Positions 11,342-21,378 of a DNA stretch of 64,000 nt are shown in pieces. Where the stretch lies: NCBI GenBank assembly GCA_965116405.1, contig OZ220685.1, positions 1,875,492 to 1,939,491 on the forward strand, written 5' to 3'. The notes beneath the pieces were generated by a model. The model was not told where the DNA came from. It ran no database searches and saw only the letters and a list, made by a program, of their open reading frames with translations. Both the position numbers and the translations under genes were made by a program. Source of the DNA: Dehalococcoidia bacterium. Lineage in GTDB: Bacteria; Chloroflexota; Dehalococcoidia; Lucifugimonadales; UBA1123. Numbering within the stretch: position 1 is the stretch's first letter; the number at the start of each line of letters is the position of its first letter.

Positions 11342-11355
11342 AGAACATTCGTACG
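11342..11355 (+). promoter_or_regulatory. SOS-box-like LexA operator (AGAACATTCGTACG)
   Basis: GAAC-N4-GTAC lies just downstream of the -10 element of lexA. It has one core mismatch to the Gram-positive-type CGAACRNRYGTTYC box. Confidence 0.5.
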
Positions 11356-11367
11356 CGAGGTCAAAAC

Positions 11368-12012
11368 ATGAAGAACCGGCTCTCACAGCGACAGCAGCGC
11401 ATCCTTGAGTACATCCAGAGGTTCATGGACGAACACCAGTACCCGCCCACGGTGCGCGATATCCAGAACGGCTGTGATGTCAGTTCGACCTCGGTTGTCG
11501 ACTACAACCTACACAAGCTCCAGGCGATGGGATATCTGAGGCGCGAGCCCGAGGTGTCTCGAGGCATCGAGCTGATCGGAGAGGGGCTGAAAGGCTCCAA
11601 GCGCGACATCCAGAGAGTCCCGGTCATGGGCAGCATCGCCGCCGGCGAACCCCTCCAGATCCCGGACGCGCCTTCGTATGCGTCGGAAAGCGTCGACACG
11701 GTCGACCTTCCGCCGTTCCTCACGAAGGACCGTCAGAACCTCTTCGCACTCCGAGTGAAGGGCACGTCCATGATCGATGCGCTGGTTGCAGACGGTGACC
11801 TCGTACTGATCGAGCCTGCAGTTGATGCCAGTGACGGCGAGATGGTCGCGGCATGGATTGACTCGAAAGAAGAGACCACGCTCAAGCGGTTCTACATCGA
11901 GGGTGACATGGTGCGGCTCCAGCCCGAGAACGTCACCATGGCCCCGATCATGATACCCGCCAAGGACGTGTCGGTACGCGGCAAGGTCGTCGGAGTCGTT
12001 CGTACCATGTAA
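11368..12012 (+). CDS. lexA: LexA repressor (S24 peptidase)
   Basis: N-terminal winged-helix region (QRQQRILEYIQ...YPPTVRDIQ), cleavage region VMGSIAAGEP, and catalytic Ser/Lys context (VKGTSM ... LKRF). Confidence 0.95.
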   Translation: MKNRLSQRQQRILEYIQRFMDEHQYPPTVRDIQNGCDVSSTSVVDYNLHKLQAMGYLRREPEVSRGIELIGEGLKGSKRDIQRVPVMGSIAAGEPLQIPDAPSYASESVDTVDLPPFLTKDRQNLFALRVKGTSMIDALVADGDLVLIEPAVDASDGEMVAAWIDSKEETTLKRFYIEGDMVRLQPENVTMAPIMIPAKDVSVRGKVVGVVRTM

Positions 12013-12013
12013 T

Positions 12014-12031
12014 TTCGGCCCGCGGGCCGAA
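12014..12031 (+). terminator. stem-loop terminator after lexA
   Basis: Perfect palindrome TTCGGCCCGCGGGCCGAA followed by CTGTTTGATCTTG. A second hairpin, GGGACCC-TATTAA-GGGTCCC, lies at 12048-12068. Confidence 0.6.
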
Positions 12032-12120
12032 CTGTTTGATCTTGATGGGGGACCCTATTAAGGGTCCCTCTTCATTTGGGAAGACCGTCAAAATGGTACA
12101 ATTAGCTATCATCCGACGAA

Positions 12121-14655
12121 TTGAGTGGTGCACCGTTGGCGGCCCCTCCAGCTTCCCAGATCTCGCTCCAGGTCACTGGAATGACCTGCGCCGCCTGTGT
12201 CTCCCACGTCTCGGACGCGCTGATGTCGGTGGATGGCGTGGATGATGTGGCGGTGAACCTCGCTACCGAGAAGGCGACACTATCTCTCCGGGAGCCCATG
12301 GAACAGGGCAACGGGTCGATCAGCTTGGGCACTCTCAGCTACGCCCTGGAAGATGCCGGATACGGCGTCGCCACCCGCAAGGTTACCCTGGGTATCGAGG
12401 GGATGACTTGCGCTGCATGTGTGTCGCACGTTGAACACGCCCTGACGGGCGTCAGTGGCGTCGAGTCGGCATCCGTCAACCTGGCAACCGAACGGGCCAC
12501 CGTTGAGTACGTGCAGGGCGTGACCGGCATCGCGGACCTGCGGCTCGCCGTCGAGGACTCAGGCTACGGCGCCACGGCAATCGGCGACGGCGAATACGAC
12601 GCAGACTCCACACCAACTCGTCTGGCGGCTCTGAGGATCAAGTTCGTCTTCAGCCTGGCTGTCGCCGCGGTAATCATGGCACTCATGGCACTGCCGGGCG
12701 CGCATGATCTGCTTCCGTTCGATATGGACCTACTCCTGTTCGCGCTTGCGACGCCGGTCCAGTTCTGGGCCGCGTGGAGCTTCTACACCTCGGCCTGGAA
12801 CGCGGCCCGCCACCTCACGTCGAACATGAACACGCTAATCGCCGTGGGCACATCTGTCGCCTATATCTACAGCGCGGCCGTCACGATCTTTGGGAACTCG
12901 TGGTTCTTCGAAGGGCGCGCCACCGATACCTACTTCGACACTTCCACCGCTATCATAGGCATCGTCCTGCTTGGCAGGTTTATGGAGGCCAGGGCTAAAC
13001 AAAGGGCATCCAACGCGATACACGCCCTTATGAGCCTGCAGCCTCCCGCCGCACGGGTCATCAGGGGCGATGAGCATGTAGATGTCTCTATCGAGGACAT
13101 AGTCGTCGGAGACAAGATCGTCGTCCGTCCGGGCGAGCGGATTCCCGTGGACGGCGTCGTCGACACGGGTACGTCGTCCGTTGACGAGTCGATGCTGACC
13201 GGCGAGAGCGCTCCCGTATCCAAGGAGCCCGGAGACGATGTCTACGGCGCAACCGTCAACGGACGCGGCAGCCTGGTATTCACGGCGACTCGTGTCGGAC
13301 GCGACACCATGATCTCAAGCATCATCAGGCTCGTCGAGGAGGCCCAGGGCTCCAGGGCTCCGATTCAGCGACTGGCCGACCTCATATCGGCATACTTCGT
13401 ACCTGCCGTCATCGGAGTGGCAGCGTTGGTGTTCCTGGTCTGGCTGGCGGTCGGCCCTGACCCCAGTTACGTCACCGCCATCCTCACCGCCGTTGCGGTG
13501 CTGATAATCGCCTGCCCATGTGCGATGGGACTCGCCACGCCGACCGCCATCATGGTCGGTACTGGCAAGGGCGCCGAGAACGGCGTGCTGATACGCAGCG
13601 CCGAGTCGCTCGAACGAGCGCACGCGGTCGATGTCGTCGTACTGGACAAGACCGGCACCATCACGATGGGAAGACCGTCCGTCACCTCGGTCCACTTGCG
13701 ATCAAGTGCTTCCTCTTCCTTGGCGGGAGAGGGTGAAGACCGACTGATGTCGCTTGCGGCGTCAGTCGAACATCGCTCCGAGCACACGCTCGGTCAGGCG
13801 ATACTCGATCACGCACAGGAACGCGGACTCACGCTTCACGACTCCGACGACTTCTCCGCCATCCCGGGAGCAGGCGTTACAGCCACCGTCGATGGCGTCG
13901 AGGTCTCAATTGGCAACCGCGTCCTGATGGATGATCTGGGACTCTCGACCGGCAGCATGGATGAGGTAGCCACTCAGCTCGCGGCGCGCGGCAGCACGCC
14001 GGTGTTCGTCGGACTTGACGGCGTAGTCGAGGGCGTCATTGGCATAGAAGATGCGCTGAAGCCCGAGTCCGCTGCCGCCGTTGCCGCGCTGCGTGACAGG
14101 GGCATCGAGGTCGTCATGCTGACCGGTGATAACGCCCGTACCGCCACTGCGGTCGCCTCCACAGTCGGAATCGACAGGGTGATCGCAGAGGTGCTGCCGT
14201 CCGACAAGGCTGAGCGTGTCCAGGAGATCATGGCCGATGGCAAGACTGTGGCGATGGTCGGCGACGGCATCAACGACGCCCCTGCGTTGGCACAGGCCGA
14301 CATCGGGATCGCCATAGGCACAGGGACCGACGTCGCTATAGAGGCCGCAGACGTAACGCTCGTAGGAGACGACCTGCTCGGCGTGCCGGCGGCAATAGAC
14401 CTCAGCCGGGCCACCATGCGAGTCATCAGGCAGAACCTGTTCTGGGCGTTCGCCTACAACGTCGCGCTCATCCCGGTCGCGGCCGGAGTGCTGTATCCTC
14501 TCTTCGCCGGAGCAGGAGTGCCCGACGCCATTCGTCCGATACTGGGCGAACACGGCTTCCTGAACCCGGTCCTCGCCGCGGTGGCCATGGCACTCAGCTC
14601 AGTGACAGTGGTTTCAAACTCGCTGCGACTGAAGAGGTTCAAACCGAGCGCCTGA
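12121..14655 (+). CDS. copA: copper-translocating P1B-type ATPase with two N-terminal HMA domains
   Basis: Two [11 protein letters not shown] metal-binding motifs, plus [17 protein letters not shown] and GDGINDAP. Confidence 0.92.
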   Translation: MSGAPLAAPPASQISLQVTGMTCAACVSHVSDALMSVDGVDDVAVNLATEKATLSLREPMEQGNGSISLGTLSYALEDAGYGVATRKVTLGIEGMTCAACVSHVEHALTGVSGVESASVNLATERATVEYVQGVTGIADLRLAVEDSGYGATAIGDGEYDADSTPTRLAALRIKFVFSLAVAAVIMALMALPGAHDLLPFDMDLLLFALATPVQFWAAWSFYTSAWNAARHLTSNMNTLIAVGTSVAYIYSAAVTIFGNSWFFEGRATDTYFDTSTAIIGIVLLGRFMEARAKQRASNAIHALMSLQPPAARVIRGDEHVDVSIEDIVVGDKIVVRPGERIPVDGVVDTGTSSVDESMLTGESAPVSKEPGDDVYGATVNGRGSLVFTATRVGRDTMISSIIRLVEEAQGSRAPIQRLADLISAYFVPAVIGVAALVFLVWLAVGPDPSYVTAILTAVAVLIIACPCAMGLATPTAIMVGTGKGAENGVLIRSAESLERAHAVDVVVLDKTGTITMGRPSVTSVHLRSSASSSLAGEGEDRLMSLAASVEHRSEHTLGQAILDHAQERGLTLHDSDDFSAIPGAGVTATVDGVEVSIGNRVLMDDLGLSTGSMDEVATQLAARGSTPVFVGLDGVVEGVIGIEDALKPESAAAVAALRDRGIEVVMLTGDNARTATAVASTVGIDRVIAEVLPSDKAERVQEIMADGKTVAMVGDGINDAPALAQADIGIAIGTGTDVAIEAADVTLVGDDLLGVPAAIDLSRATMRVIRQNLFWAFAYNVALIPVAAGVLYPLFAGAGVPDAIRPILGEHGFLNPVLAAVAMALSSVTVVSNSLRLKRFKPSA

Positions 14656-14699
14656 CGGCCCTCTATTGTCGTCGATTCACCAAAAGGAGAAACGCCCAG

Positions 14700-14903
14700 A
14701 TGAGAATCCCCCTGTTCAACAGGAGCGGCTCCGACCGCGCCACCGACCCTGTCTGCGACATGCAGGTCGACGTCCGCAAACCGCCCGGCGGCAGCTACGA
14801 CTACAACGGCGAAACCTACTACTTCTGCGCCCCAGGCTGCAACCGCGCCTTCCAAAAGGATCCCGAAGCCTACCTCTCCGGCGAAAAGAAAGTCCAGATG
14901 TGA
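14700..14903 (+). CDS. YHS/TRASH-domain small metal-binding protein
   Basis: 67 aa with the DPVCDM...YYFCAPGC pattern. It lies directly downstream of copA. Confidence 0.8.
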   Translation: MRIPLFNRSGSDRATDPVCDMQVDVRKPPGGSYDYNGETYYFCAPGCNRAFQKDPEAYLSGEKKVQM

Positions 14904-15005
14904 AGGCTGAATCCTTGAAGGACTCTTCTCTTGGGGTACAATCTGTCACACACCGTCGGGTGGAGAAGGTTCCTGCCATTTGGGTGAGGAACCAGGGGTG
15001 ACGAC

Positions 15006-15575
15006 ATGGTTATTGGGGCTAAGAAGAAACTCTTCACCGTTGATGAGTACTACGAGATGGCTCGCGTCGGGATCCTGACCGAGTCCGACCGTGTCGAGCT
15101 GATCGAGGGTGAAGTAGTAGAGATGTCTCCAATTGGAAGCCGTCACCAGGGGATAGTTGACAAGCTGAATTCGCTCTTCGTCAACGCTGTGGGCGACCGC
15201 GCTCTTGTCCGGATACAGGGGCCGCTACGACTTGCGGACATGACTGAGCCTCAGCCCGATATTCAGCTGCTGATACCTCAGAACGACTTCTACACCAGCG
15301 ACCACCCGACGCAACTCGATGCTCTACTAGTAGTGGAAGTGGCCGACACGTCGCTGGCCTATGACCGCAACGATAAGGCAGCAGTCTATTCCATGCGGGG
15401 AGTCCCCGAGTTGTGGATTCTCGACGTGAACAGCCCCCGACTCTTCGTCATGCGGGAGCCGGCTGAATTGGGCTACCGTGTTGTCATGGAGCTCGAAGCC
15501 GGCGATGTAATCTCGCCACTGGCCCTGCCGGACCTGTCTTTAGCCGTATCCGACATGCTTAGCCCGCTGCTATAG
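15006..15575 (+). CDS. Uma2-family (DUF820) restriction-endonuclease-fold protein
   Basis: 189 aa with FTVDEYYEM ... VELIEGEVVEMSP ... VVEVADTS, typical of the Uma2 family. Confidence 0.75.
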   Translation: MVIGAKKKLFTVDEYYEMARVGILTESDRVELIEGEVVEMSPIGSRHQGIVDKLNSLFVNAVGDRALVRIQGPLRLADMTEPQPDIQLLIPQNDFYTSDHPTQLDALLVVEVADTSLAYDRNDKAAVYSMRGVPELWILDVNSPRLFVMREPAELGYRVVMELEAGDVISPLALPDLSLAVSDMLSPLL

Positions 15576-15581
15576 GCGCGC

Positions 15582-16268
15582 CTACACGACAACCAGCGTC
15601 ACCACACCCGCTGCGACCAGCGCCCCCGCCCAGATGCGGTCCATGTTGAACCACGACTTTCTCAGCAGCGCGAGGCCGACCTTCTCGTACACCACAATGG
15701 CCACGACTGCCATCACCGCGAACATCGCGACCGTGTGCACCCCGATTGCCGTCAGTTGAGAGATCGCCGTCGAGATTGACGGCGCCGCTCCCAGCAGCAT
15801 GTACTCGGAGTGCGGGAGTTCACGCGCGTCGATTGCCTGGGCAGCCGATGGGCCATAGCTGGGAAGGTTGAACAGCACGGGCACGAGCATGAGGCCCGCA
15901 CCGTGCGCTGACGCCATAAGGAAAGACCAGGACGTCAGGTCCTTGAACCCGACCCGCATCCCGACCCAGCGAGGATGGGAGTTTCGCCAGAGCTTGTACA
16001 GGCCGTAGGCGATCAGCAATCCGGCACCGATCCACTTCAGGATGTCCATGGGGACTATCGTACGGCTCGCCGACACGACTGCAATGACGATAGCGACCGA
16101 GACGGCATGCCCCAGGGCTATCGGAGCAAACGCCCGCAGAACCGCCGGTCTGCTCTGCTCCTGAAGACCTAGCGCGACGGCGAATAGCCAGCCCATAGCG
16201 GGGTTGACCCCGTGGTACGCGCCCAAAGCTGCCAGCGCCAGCCAGGGCCAGAACTCAACGATTTCCAC
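15582..16268 (-). CDS. integral membrane protein, function unknown (several conserved His in TM helices)
   Basis: 228 aa with about 6 hydrophobic helices and His-containing segments (AYHGVNP, ALGHAVS, ASAHGAG). It lies downstream of the SBP56 gene on the same strand. Confidence 0.6.
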   Translation of the reverse strand: MEIVEFWPWLALAALGAYHGVNPAMGWLFAVALGLQEQSRPAVLRAFAPIALGHAVSVAIVIAVVSASRTIVPMDILKWIGAGLLIAYGLYKLWRNSHPRWVGMRVGFKDLTSWSFLMASAHGAGLMLVPVLFNLPSYGPSAAQAIDARELPHSEYMLLGAAPSISTAISQLTAIGVHTVAMFAVMAVVAIVVYEKVGLALLRKSWFNMDRIWAGALVAAGVVTLVVV

Positions 16269-16296
16269 CGCCGCGCGTCCCGATCACCCAGACTTG

Positions 16297-17688
16297 CTAG
16301 TCCGGGTAGCAGAACGAGTCGGACGAAGAGTCGCCGCCTTCAAGTCTTATCTGGTGTGGACGCTCGTCGCCGAAGTCCATGAAGAAGTCAGGGTCGACTT
16401 CCATCCCACCGTCAGGCGATGCGTTTATCTTGGTCGTCCAGCCCCGAATTCCTTCTGGGTACAGCTGCTCGTCCCATGCGATGTACAGGGAGTTGGTCAG
16501 GTAGATCCTGCGTCCGTCTCGGCTGACCTCCACCATCTGCGGGCCGCCGTTCAGCGGCGTGCCGTTGGGGTGGGATGCCTTCCTGACGATTCCGCCCAGG
16601 TGAACGGATCCGGTGAGCTTGGGGTCGAAGGGGTCAGACACATCGTACTGCCTAAACTCCCCTGTACCCCAGCACGACACGTACAGGAACTTGTCGTCCA
16701 GGCTGAGGTTGATGTCAGTTATGACAGGCGGCACCGCGCCGAAGCCCTGCAGCAGCGGAGGCAGCAGGTCCGGGTCGGCAGGCTCAGCAGGAACTTCGAT
16801 GACCTTGGTGGCCGTCCACTCGTCGCCGTCCTGGTGCCACAGGAAGACCGAGCCGGACAGGTCCTCAAGGCTGGTCACCACTCCCACGAAGCCGTACGCC
16901 TTGCGTGGGTCGTGAGCTGGCCTCAGTTCCAGCGCCATCTGGTGCTGGGCTCCCAGTTCGATAACCTGCTTGTGCTTGCGGGTCCTGAGGTCCCACACGT
17001 GTAGCTGGTGACCGTACTGGCCGTCGAGCAGCAGCTCGGGAAGGATCCCCGATTCCACCATCTTGGGCGTTCCCCACTCACTCGTGATCATGGTGTCGTG
17101 GTTGAGATGCCACCAGAAGTCGTAGGAGAGCACCTGCGGGCCTCTGTCAGCTTCCCATGCGCCCTTTACCTCGAAGGTCTCATGGTCGAGCATGAAGATG
17201 CCGCCAGGACCCTCGCCGTCGGGCGAGCCGAGCGCGTTCATGTAGATTGCGTCCGGTCCGCAGTGGACGGTGTGAGGCCGGCTGTACCCGGTCTTCTTCT
17301 GGAAATCTTCCGCCTTGATGACCTTCGCGATCTTCGGGTTCCTGGGATCGTCCTTGGTGTCCACAACGTAGATGTTGGACGATCTCAGCCCACCAAGCAG
17401 CAGGTACCGGCGCTCGACATGCGGATGAGGCATGTTCGGGCACAGCGACGCGCTGCACGCATTCCAGCCGAAGTGGTGCAACTCGTCCCCTGAGGTGGGC
17501 ATATCCATCCGACCGACAACCTGTTGGTAAGTGGGGGATGACGGATTTACGTCCAGGACGCCGAGGGCGTCCGGCTTACCGTCGTCTTTCGGGTTGACGA
17601 TCGCTACGTAAGCGAGTTCTTCTTGGGGGGCATCCATCGCCATCTTGGGTGACGGGTAGAAGGTCGGGTCGGGTGTCCAGGTGGCCAT
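16297..17688 (-). CDS. selenium-binding protein 56 family / methanethiol oxidase homologue
   Basis: 463 aa. By eye it resembles the SBP56 family over its full length (HHFGWNACSAS, SCWGTGEFRQYDVSDP, GGPQMVEVSRDGRRIYLTNSLY). Confidence 0.88.
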   Translation of the reverse strand: MATWTPDPTFYPSPKMAMDAPQEELAYVAIVNPKDDGKPDALGVLDVNPSSPTYQQVVGRMDMPTSGDELHHFGWNACSASLCPNMPHPHVERRYLLLGGLRSSNIYVVDTKDDPRNPKIAKVIKAEDFQKKTGYSRPHTVHCGPDAIYMNALGSPDGEGPGGIFMLDHETFEVKGAWEADRGPQVLSYDFWWHLNHDTMITSEWGTPKMVESGILPELLLDGQYGHQLHVWDLRTRKHKQVIELGAQHQMALELRPAHDPRKAYGFVGVVTSLEDLSGSVFLWHQDGDEWTATKVIEVPAEPADPDLLPPLLQGFGAVPPVITDINLSLDDKFLYVSCWGTGEFRQYDVSDPFDPKLTGSVHLGGIVRKASHPNGTPLNGGPQMVEVSRDGRRIYLTNSLYIAWDEQLYPEGIRGWTTKINASPDGGMEVDPDFFMDFGDERPHQIRLEGGDSSSDSFCYPD

Positions 17689-17783
17689 CGGTCTTCTTTT
17701 GGGTCCTTTCCTTTAGCTTTGCGGCAGGCTTCTTTCATATAGCGCACTGTATTCTAGGTTAATGATTAGTCTATGGTAAAGAC

Positions 17784-19775
17784 CTAATCCGCACTGGCGG
17801 ACCAGTCCCAGAATTTTCCGGCCTGGGCGAGGCACGTTTCGACATCCTGTTCCAACAGGAGACGCTCGGCAACCAGCTTCTGAGCCGCTTCGCGCACAAG
17901 CGACAAGTATAAATGTTTTGACGGGTATCGTGAACCTATGGACGGCCTTGGATCCCCCGAATTGGTGAGCTCGCTTTCGTTTTTCACGAACGGGATGAAG
18001 CCGCCGGCGAACATCAACGGCTGGGTCTCGCCGCCAATGTCGGGATGACGCAGGTTCCAGCCTGTATGGGCCGCCAGCGGTACTGATATCTCCGGCAGCG
18101 CAATTCCCGCTAACTCATTCCCGTCCGGGTCCACGTCCGACACCAGCGAGCCGTATACCTTGCCAACGGCAGGCGGCATCTTCGTCACCTGCTCCACGTC
18201 GGACTTCAGTTGGTAGTCCCGCCTGTGCGGAAGTGGATGCCTGGTCGGATAGTTGGACCCCGGAATCGCGTCCATGACTCCCCTGAGCTTTGCCGGCGGC
18301 ACCGCGGTCCCGTCGTCGACCCTGGGATGGCGACTCTCCGGTGGCTCGATTCCCTCTGCAACCCACCGGTCGAGGTTATCCAGGCACGCCCTCAGCAGCG
18401 GCGTGTAGTCGATTACGCTCCGCATGTTCTGGGTGCGGCTGATGCCCTCTCCTGAATCAGAGGTGTCCGTCGGCGGCCATGTGCCGGTGCCGTGCTCGGT
18501 GCCGGTGAAGTGGTACACGCGGACGTTCGGGCCGGGGTCGACGTCCACCGTGCCGTCGGGGTCCGTGTGAATGAGCGACGCGTCGCCCCTGTGGTACTCG
18601 GCTGACGTGTTGGTGTAGAAGACACGCAGTGGACTGCTGCGAGCGTCCAGCCTCCGGTGAAGCGAGTCGGTCACTCCGGTCTCGGGATCAGTCTGCTCGA
18701 CACTGGAGAACGGGAACAGTTGCGTCAGCATGTTGTTGCGGTCCTTCGAGTTCTGGCCGAACCGCTGGTTGAACTCGCCCCGCATTCCTCCCGCGACGTT
18801 GGCGATGATCCCGTCGAGCGCCTCGCGTCCCTGCTCATCGCGGTTGAAGTCGTTGTAGATGTACGTGCGCAGGTAGCGACCGGTCTGGGAACGTCCATAC
18901 GCGTACGCGTAGCTGATGTCGATTGGCGACTCCGAGTCCTGCGACCCGTACTTGAACCACGAGACGCAGTCACGCAGCCCGGCGAAGCTCAGACCCAACA
19001 CCGGAGCCCCGACCGTCGTGTACACGATCTGGTAGAGTCGGCCCTTCTCGAACTTGCCCTCTGCACAGATGTAGTCGGGGTCTGGGACGTACGTCCCGTC
19101 TTCTTCGATTCTCCCGAACCGCCAGTAAGAGCGCGGCACGAGCCTAGCCGGGCCGTCGGGCATGTCCCGAACTTCGAGCCGGGCGTCCGCCTCGTCCATG
19201 TCGTAGGCTGGATACGCCCTGTGACCCTTGTCGGACAGCAGGAAGTTGTGCGTGTCCTCGACGCTCTGGAGCTGCGTGTACACCTTCCCGACCATTGGCC
19301 CGCCGCTCTCGTTCTCAGCGTCCGGGCCGTCCATGGTGATAAGCGCCGGGAAAGCAGGAGTGTCGCCCTGCCAGCCGCACGCCACCACTGTGTAGCCTCG
19401 CTCCATCAGGAAGCCGTTGCCGAGACTGATATCGGCGTCATCGCTCACCCCTGCATCTATGGCCAACCGGTCGGCGCTGTTGAAGTTCGGCAGCGCGACC
19501 CGGTTGCCGCGATTGACGACGTCCAGCATCAACCGTCCGCTCCCTTTGGAGCGGTCCGCAGGCAGGATGATTGAGACATCGGACGAGAAGTCCACTCCGC
19601 CCGCGCTGTTCCTCGGCGCCCGCCCGGCGTCCGTGACGCGCGCATTGGCCGCGTTTTCCGGGTCGATGGAGAACCGCAGGGTGCCCCGTATCTCCTCGTA
19701 TGGCCCTACGTCACCCCACGACCTGCCGTCGGCGAGTGGTCTCCTGAATTTGACATCTAGTCTGCTAACCGGCAT
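17784..19775 (-). CDS. large conserved hypothetical protein (possibly alpha/beta-hydrolase-domain family)
   Basis: 663-aa uninterrupted ORF. The N-terminal pattern GRLMLDVVNRGNRVALPNFN resembles an uncharacterised hydrolase-domain family. The assignment is tentative. Confidence 0.65.
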   Translation of the reverse strand: MPVSRLDVKFRRPLADGRSWGDVGPYEEIRGTLRFSIDPENAANARVTDAGRAPRNSAGGVDFSSDVSIILPADRSKGSGRLMLDVVNRGNRVALPNFNSADRLAIDAGVSDDADISLGNGFLMERGYTVVACGWQGDTPAFPALITMDGPDAENESGGPMVGKVYTQLQSVEDTHNFLLSDKGHRAYPAYDMDEADARLEVRDMPDGPARLVPRSYWRFGRIEEDGTYVPDPDYICAEGKFEKGRLYQIVYTTVGAPVLGLSFAGLRDCVSWFKYGSQDSESPIDISYAYAYGRSQTGRYLRTYIYNDFNRDEQGREALDGIIANVAGGMRGEFNQRFGQNSKDRNNMLTQLFPFSSVEQTDPETGVTDSLHRRLDARSSPLRVFYTNTSAEYHRGDASLIHTDPDGTVDVDPGPNVRVYHFTGTEHGTGTWPPTDTSDSGEGISRTQNMRSVIDYTPLLRACLDNLDRWVAEGIEPPESRHPRVDDGTAVPPAKLRGVMDAIPGSNYPTRHPLPHRRDYQLKSDVEQVTKMPPAVGKVYGSLVSDVDPDGNELAGIALPEISVPLAAHTGWNLRHPDIGGETQPLMFAGGFIPFVKNESELTNSGDPRPSIGSRYPSKHLYLSLVREAAQKLVAERLLLEQDVETCLAQAGKFWDWSASAD

Positions 19776-20520
19776 TTGCTTCCCCCACCAGATCTGACTT
19801 TTCCATCGTCCGTTCGTTCTCGTTCGTCCTCGACATGTACCTGGGGACGATTACCAGTATCGCCGCCTCAATTACAACGGCTAGCGCGATGAGCATGGTT
19901 GCATCGAAGAAGAACCCCTGAGGGAACATGGCTATCAGGTAGTCGCGCCTTGGATCGAGCTGCCACAGGTCGTTGCTGAAGCTGATCAGATGGAACGCCA
20001 GGAACAGCCTGTCGAATCCGACAAGCGATCCAAGGCCGACCAGCAGGACCAACCCAAGCGTCACCCCGCCGCCCCAGCGCATCAGAGTGCCCAGCATCGG
20101 CGTAAAAGAACGCCCCCAGTTTATGAAACCGCCCACGATCACCAGTGCCATGAACAGGCCTGTGATCTCCGACACCCGGTACACGCCCTTGACAAGCCCC
20201 TTCACATCCCGCATGTGCAGCACTTCACGCTCGTTGTAGAGGTTCATGACGCGGATTCCGCCAACAACCACTCGTATCTCGAGCAGCTCGGCGTCGTTGT
20301 TGAAGTAGTCCCTGATCTGCTTTCCCGCCGAGATCAGCTCGTCCCGTTCAATTCCCGTGTAACGCACAATGTCGTACCTGTCGAAACCGTACGAGTAGAG
20401 AGGCGGGAAGTTGATGACCCAGCGGACGTTGAACGCTATCAGAAAGATTGGCACCATCGCGATGAACAGGACGGCAAGTACAACCTTGACCGTCGGCGCG
20501 ATGTCAATCCGGGGCGTCAT
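19765..20520 (-). CDS. DUF1461/TIGR01906-family membrane protein (Lit-like)
   Basis: Contains the motif FHLISFSNDLWQLDPRRDYLIAMFPQGFFFDA and TM helices. I prefer the ATG at 20520 (MTPRIDIAP...), because the track start at 20598 would overlap the divergent mazG start. Confidence 0.7.
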   Translation of the reverse strand: MTPRIDIAPTVKVVLAVLFIAMVPIFLIAFNVRWVINFPPLYSYGFDRYDIVRYTGIERDELISAGKQIRDYFNNDAELLEIRVVVGGIRVMNLYNEREVLHMRDVKGLVKGVYRVSEITGLFMALVIVGGFINWGRSFTPMLGTLMRWGGGVTLGLVLLVGLGSLVGFDRLFLAFHLISFSNDLWQLDPRRDYLIAMFPQGFFFDATMLIALAVVIEAAILVIVPRYMSRTNENERTMEKSDLVGEANAG

Positions 20521-20576
20521 GCGGTAGCATCTTATGGACGTGTTCCAGAGGGTGTCAAACAGAGAGGTGAACACCA

Positions 20577-21371
20577 GTGACAGACGATAGCTTCCCAAGC
20601 AGCTTCGAGGGGATCCAGCAGCTCGTCGCGACGCTGCGCTCGCCTGACGGATGTCCCTGGGACAGGGAACAGTCAGCCGACTCCCTCAAGCACCTCTTCC
20701 TGGAGGAGTGCTACGAGCTCGTGGAGGCCATCGAAGAGGGCGACGTGGAGAAGATTGCCGAGGAGCTAGGTGACGTCCTCTTCCACGGCGCTTCCCAGAT
20801 ACAGATAGCCGAGGAACGAGGCGACTTCAGCGGCTCCGACGTCTTCCAGCAGGTCATAGAGAAGCTGGTCCGTCGTCACCCGCACGTCTTCGGCGACGTC
20901 GTCATGGAGAATGCCGAAGAGGCTGTACCCCGCTGGGACGAGATCAAGCGCCAGGAGATGGCCGGCACCGACAGGTCGATCCTGGACGGTGTTCCCAAGG
21001 CGATGCCCGCGATGGGATATGCCCAGGCAGTGCAGGGTCGGGCGGCGCGAATGGGCTTCGACTGGGACGACTACGCCGGTGTGCTGGAAAAGGTCACCGA
21101 GGAGCTCCGCGAGCTGGAAGAGGTCGAGACTGACGACGCTCGCGAGGCTGAGTTGGGCGACCTCCTGTTCTCACTGGTCAACGCGAGCCGCTGGATGGGA
21201 ATCGAAGCAGAGACCGCCCTGCGAAAGTCCAACCGCAGGTTCTACTCCAGGTTCACTACGATGGAGCGTATGGCGCGCGACCGCGGCCTCGACTTCGAGT
21301 CGCTGTCTCTCGATGCGAAAGAAGACCTCTGGCAGGAAGCCAAGCGAGCCGAGTCCCAGACCGGCGAGTAG
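20577..21371 (+). CDS. mazG: nucleoside triphosphate pyrophosphohydrolase MazG
   Basis: LRSPDGCPWDREQSADSLKHLFLEECYELVEAI, plus a second MazG repeat (ELGDLLFSLVN). Confidence 0.9.
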   Translation: MTDDSFPSSFEGIQQLVATLRSPDGCPWDREQSADSLKHLFLEECYELVEAIEEGDVEKIAEELGDVLFHGASQIQIAEERGDFSGSDVFQQVIEKLVRRHPHVFGDVVMENAEEAVPRWDEIKRQEMAGTDRSILDGVPKAMPAMGYAQAVQGRAARMGFDWDDYAGVLEKVTEELRELEEVETDDAREAELGDLLFSLVNASRWMGIEAETALRKSNRRFYSRFTTMERMARDRGLDFESLSLDAKEDLWQEAKRAESQTGE

Positions 21372-21378
21372 AGTCCGG

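Noticed and set aside
12070-12120. Possible MerR/CueR-type operator upstream of copA (ACCGTCAAAATGGT)
   Set aside because: It has only a weak 3-bp dyad, poor match to known CueR or CsoR sites, and no metal regulator gene nearby.
16297-17688. Using the selenium-binding protein homologue as evidence for selenocysteine use
   Set aside because: SBP56-family proteins are not selenoproteins and are unrelated to Sec insertion. The Sec inference rests only on the two in-frame TGA/hairpin cases.
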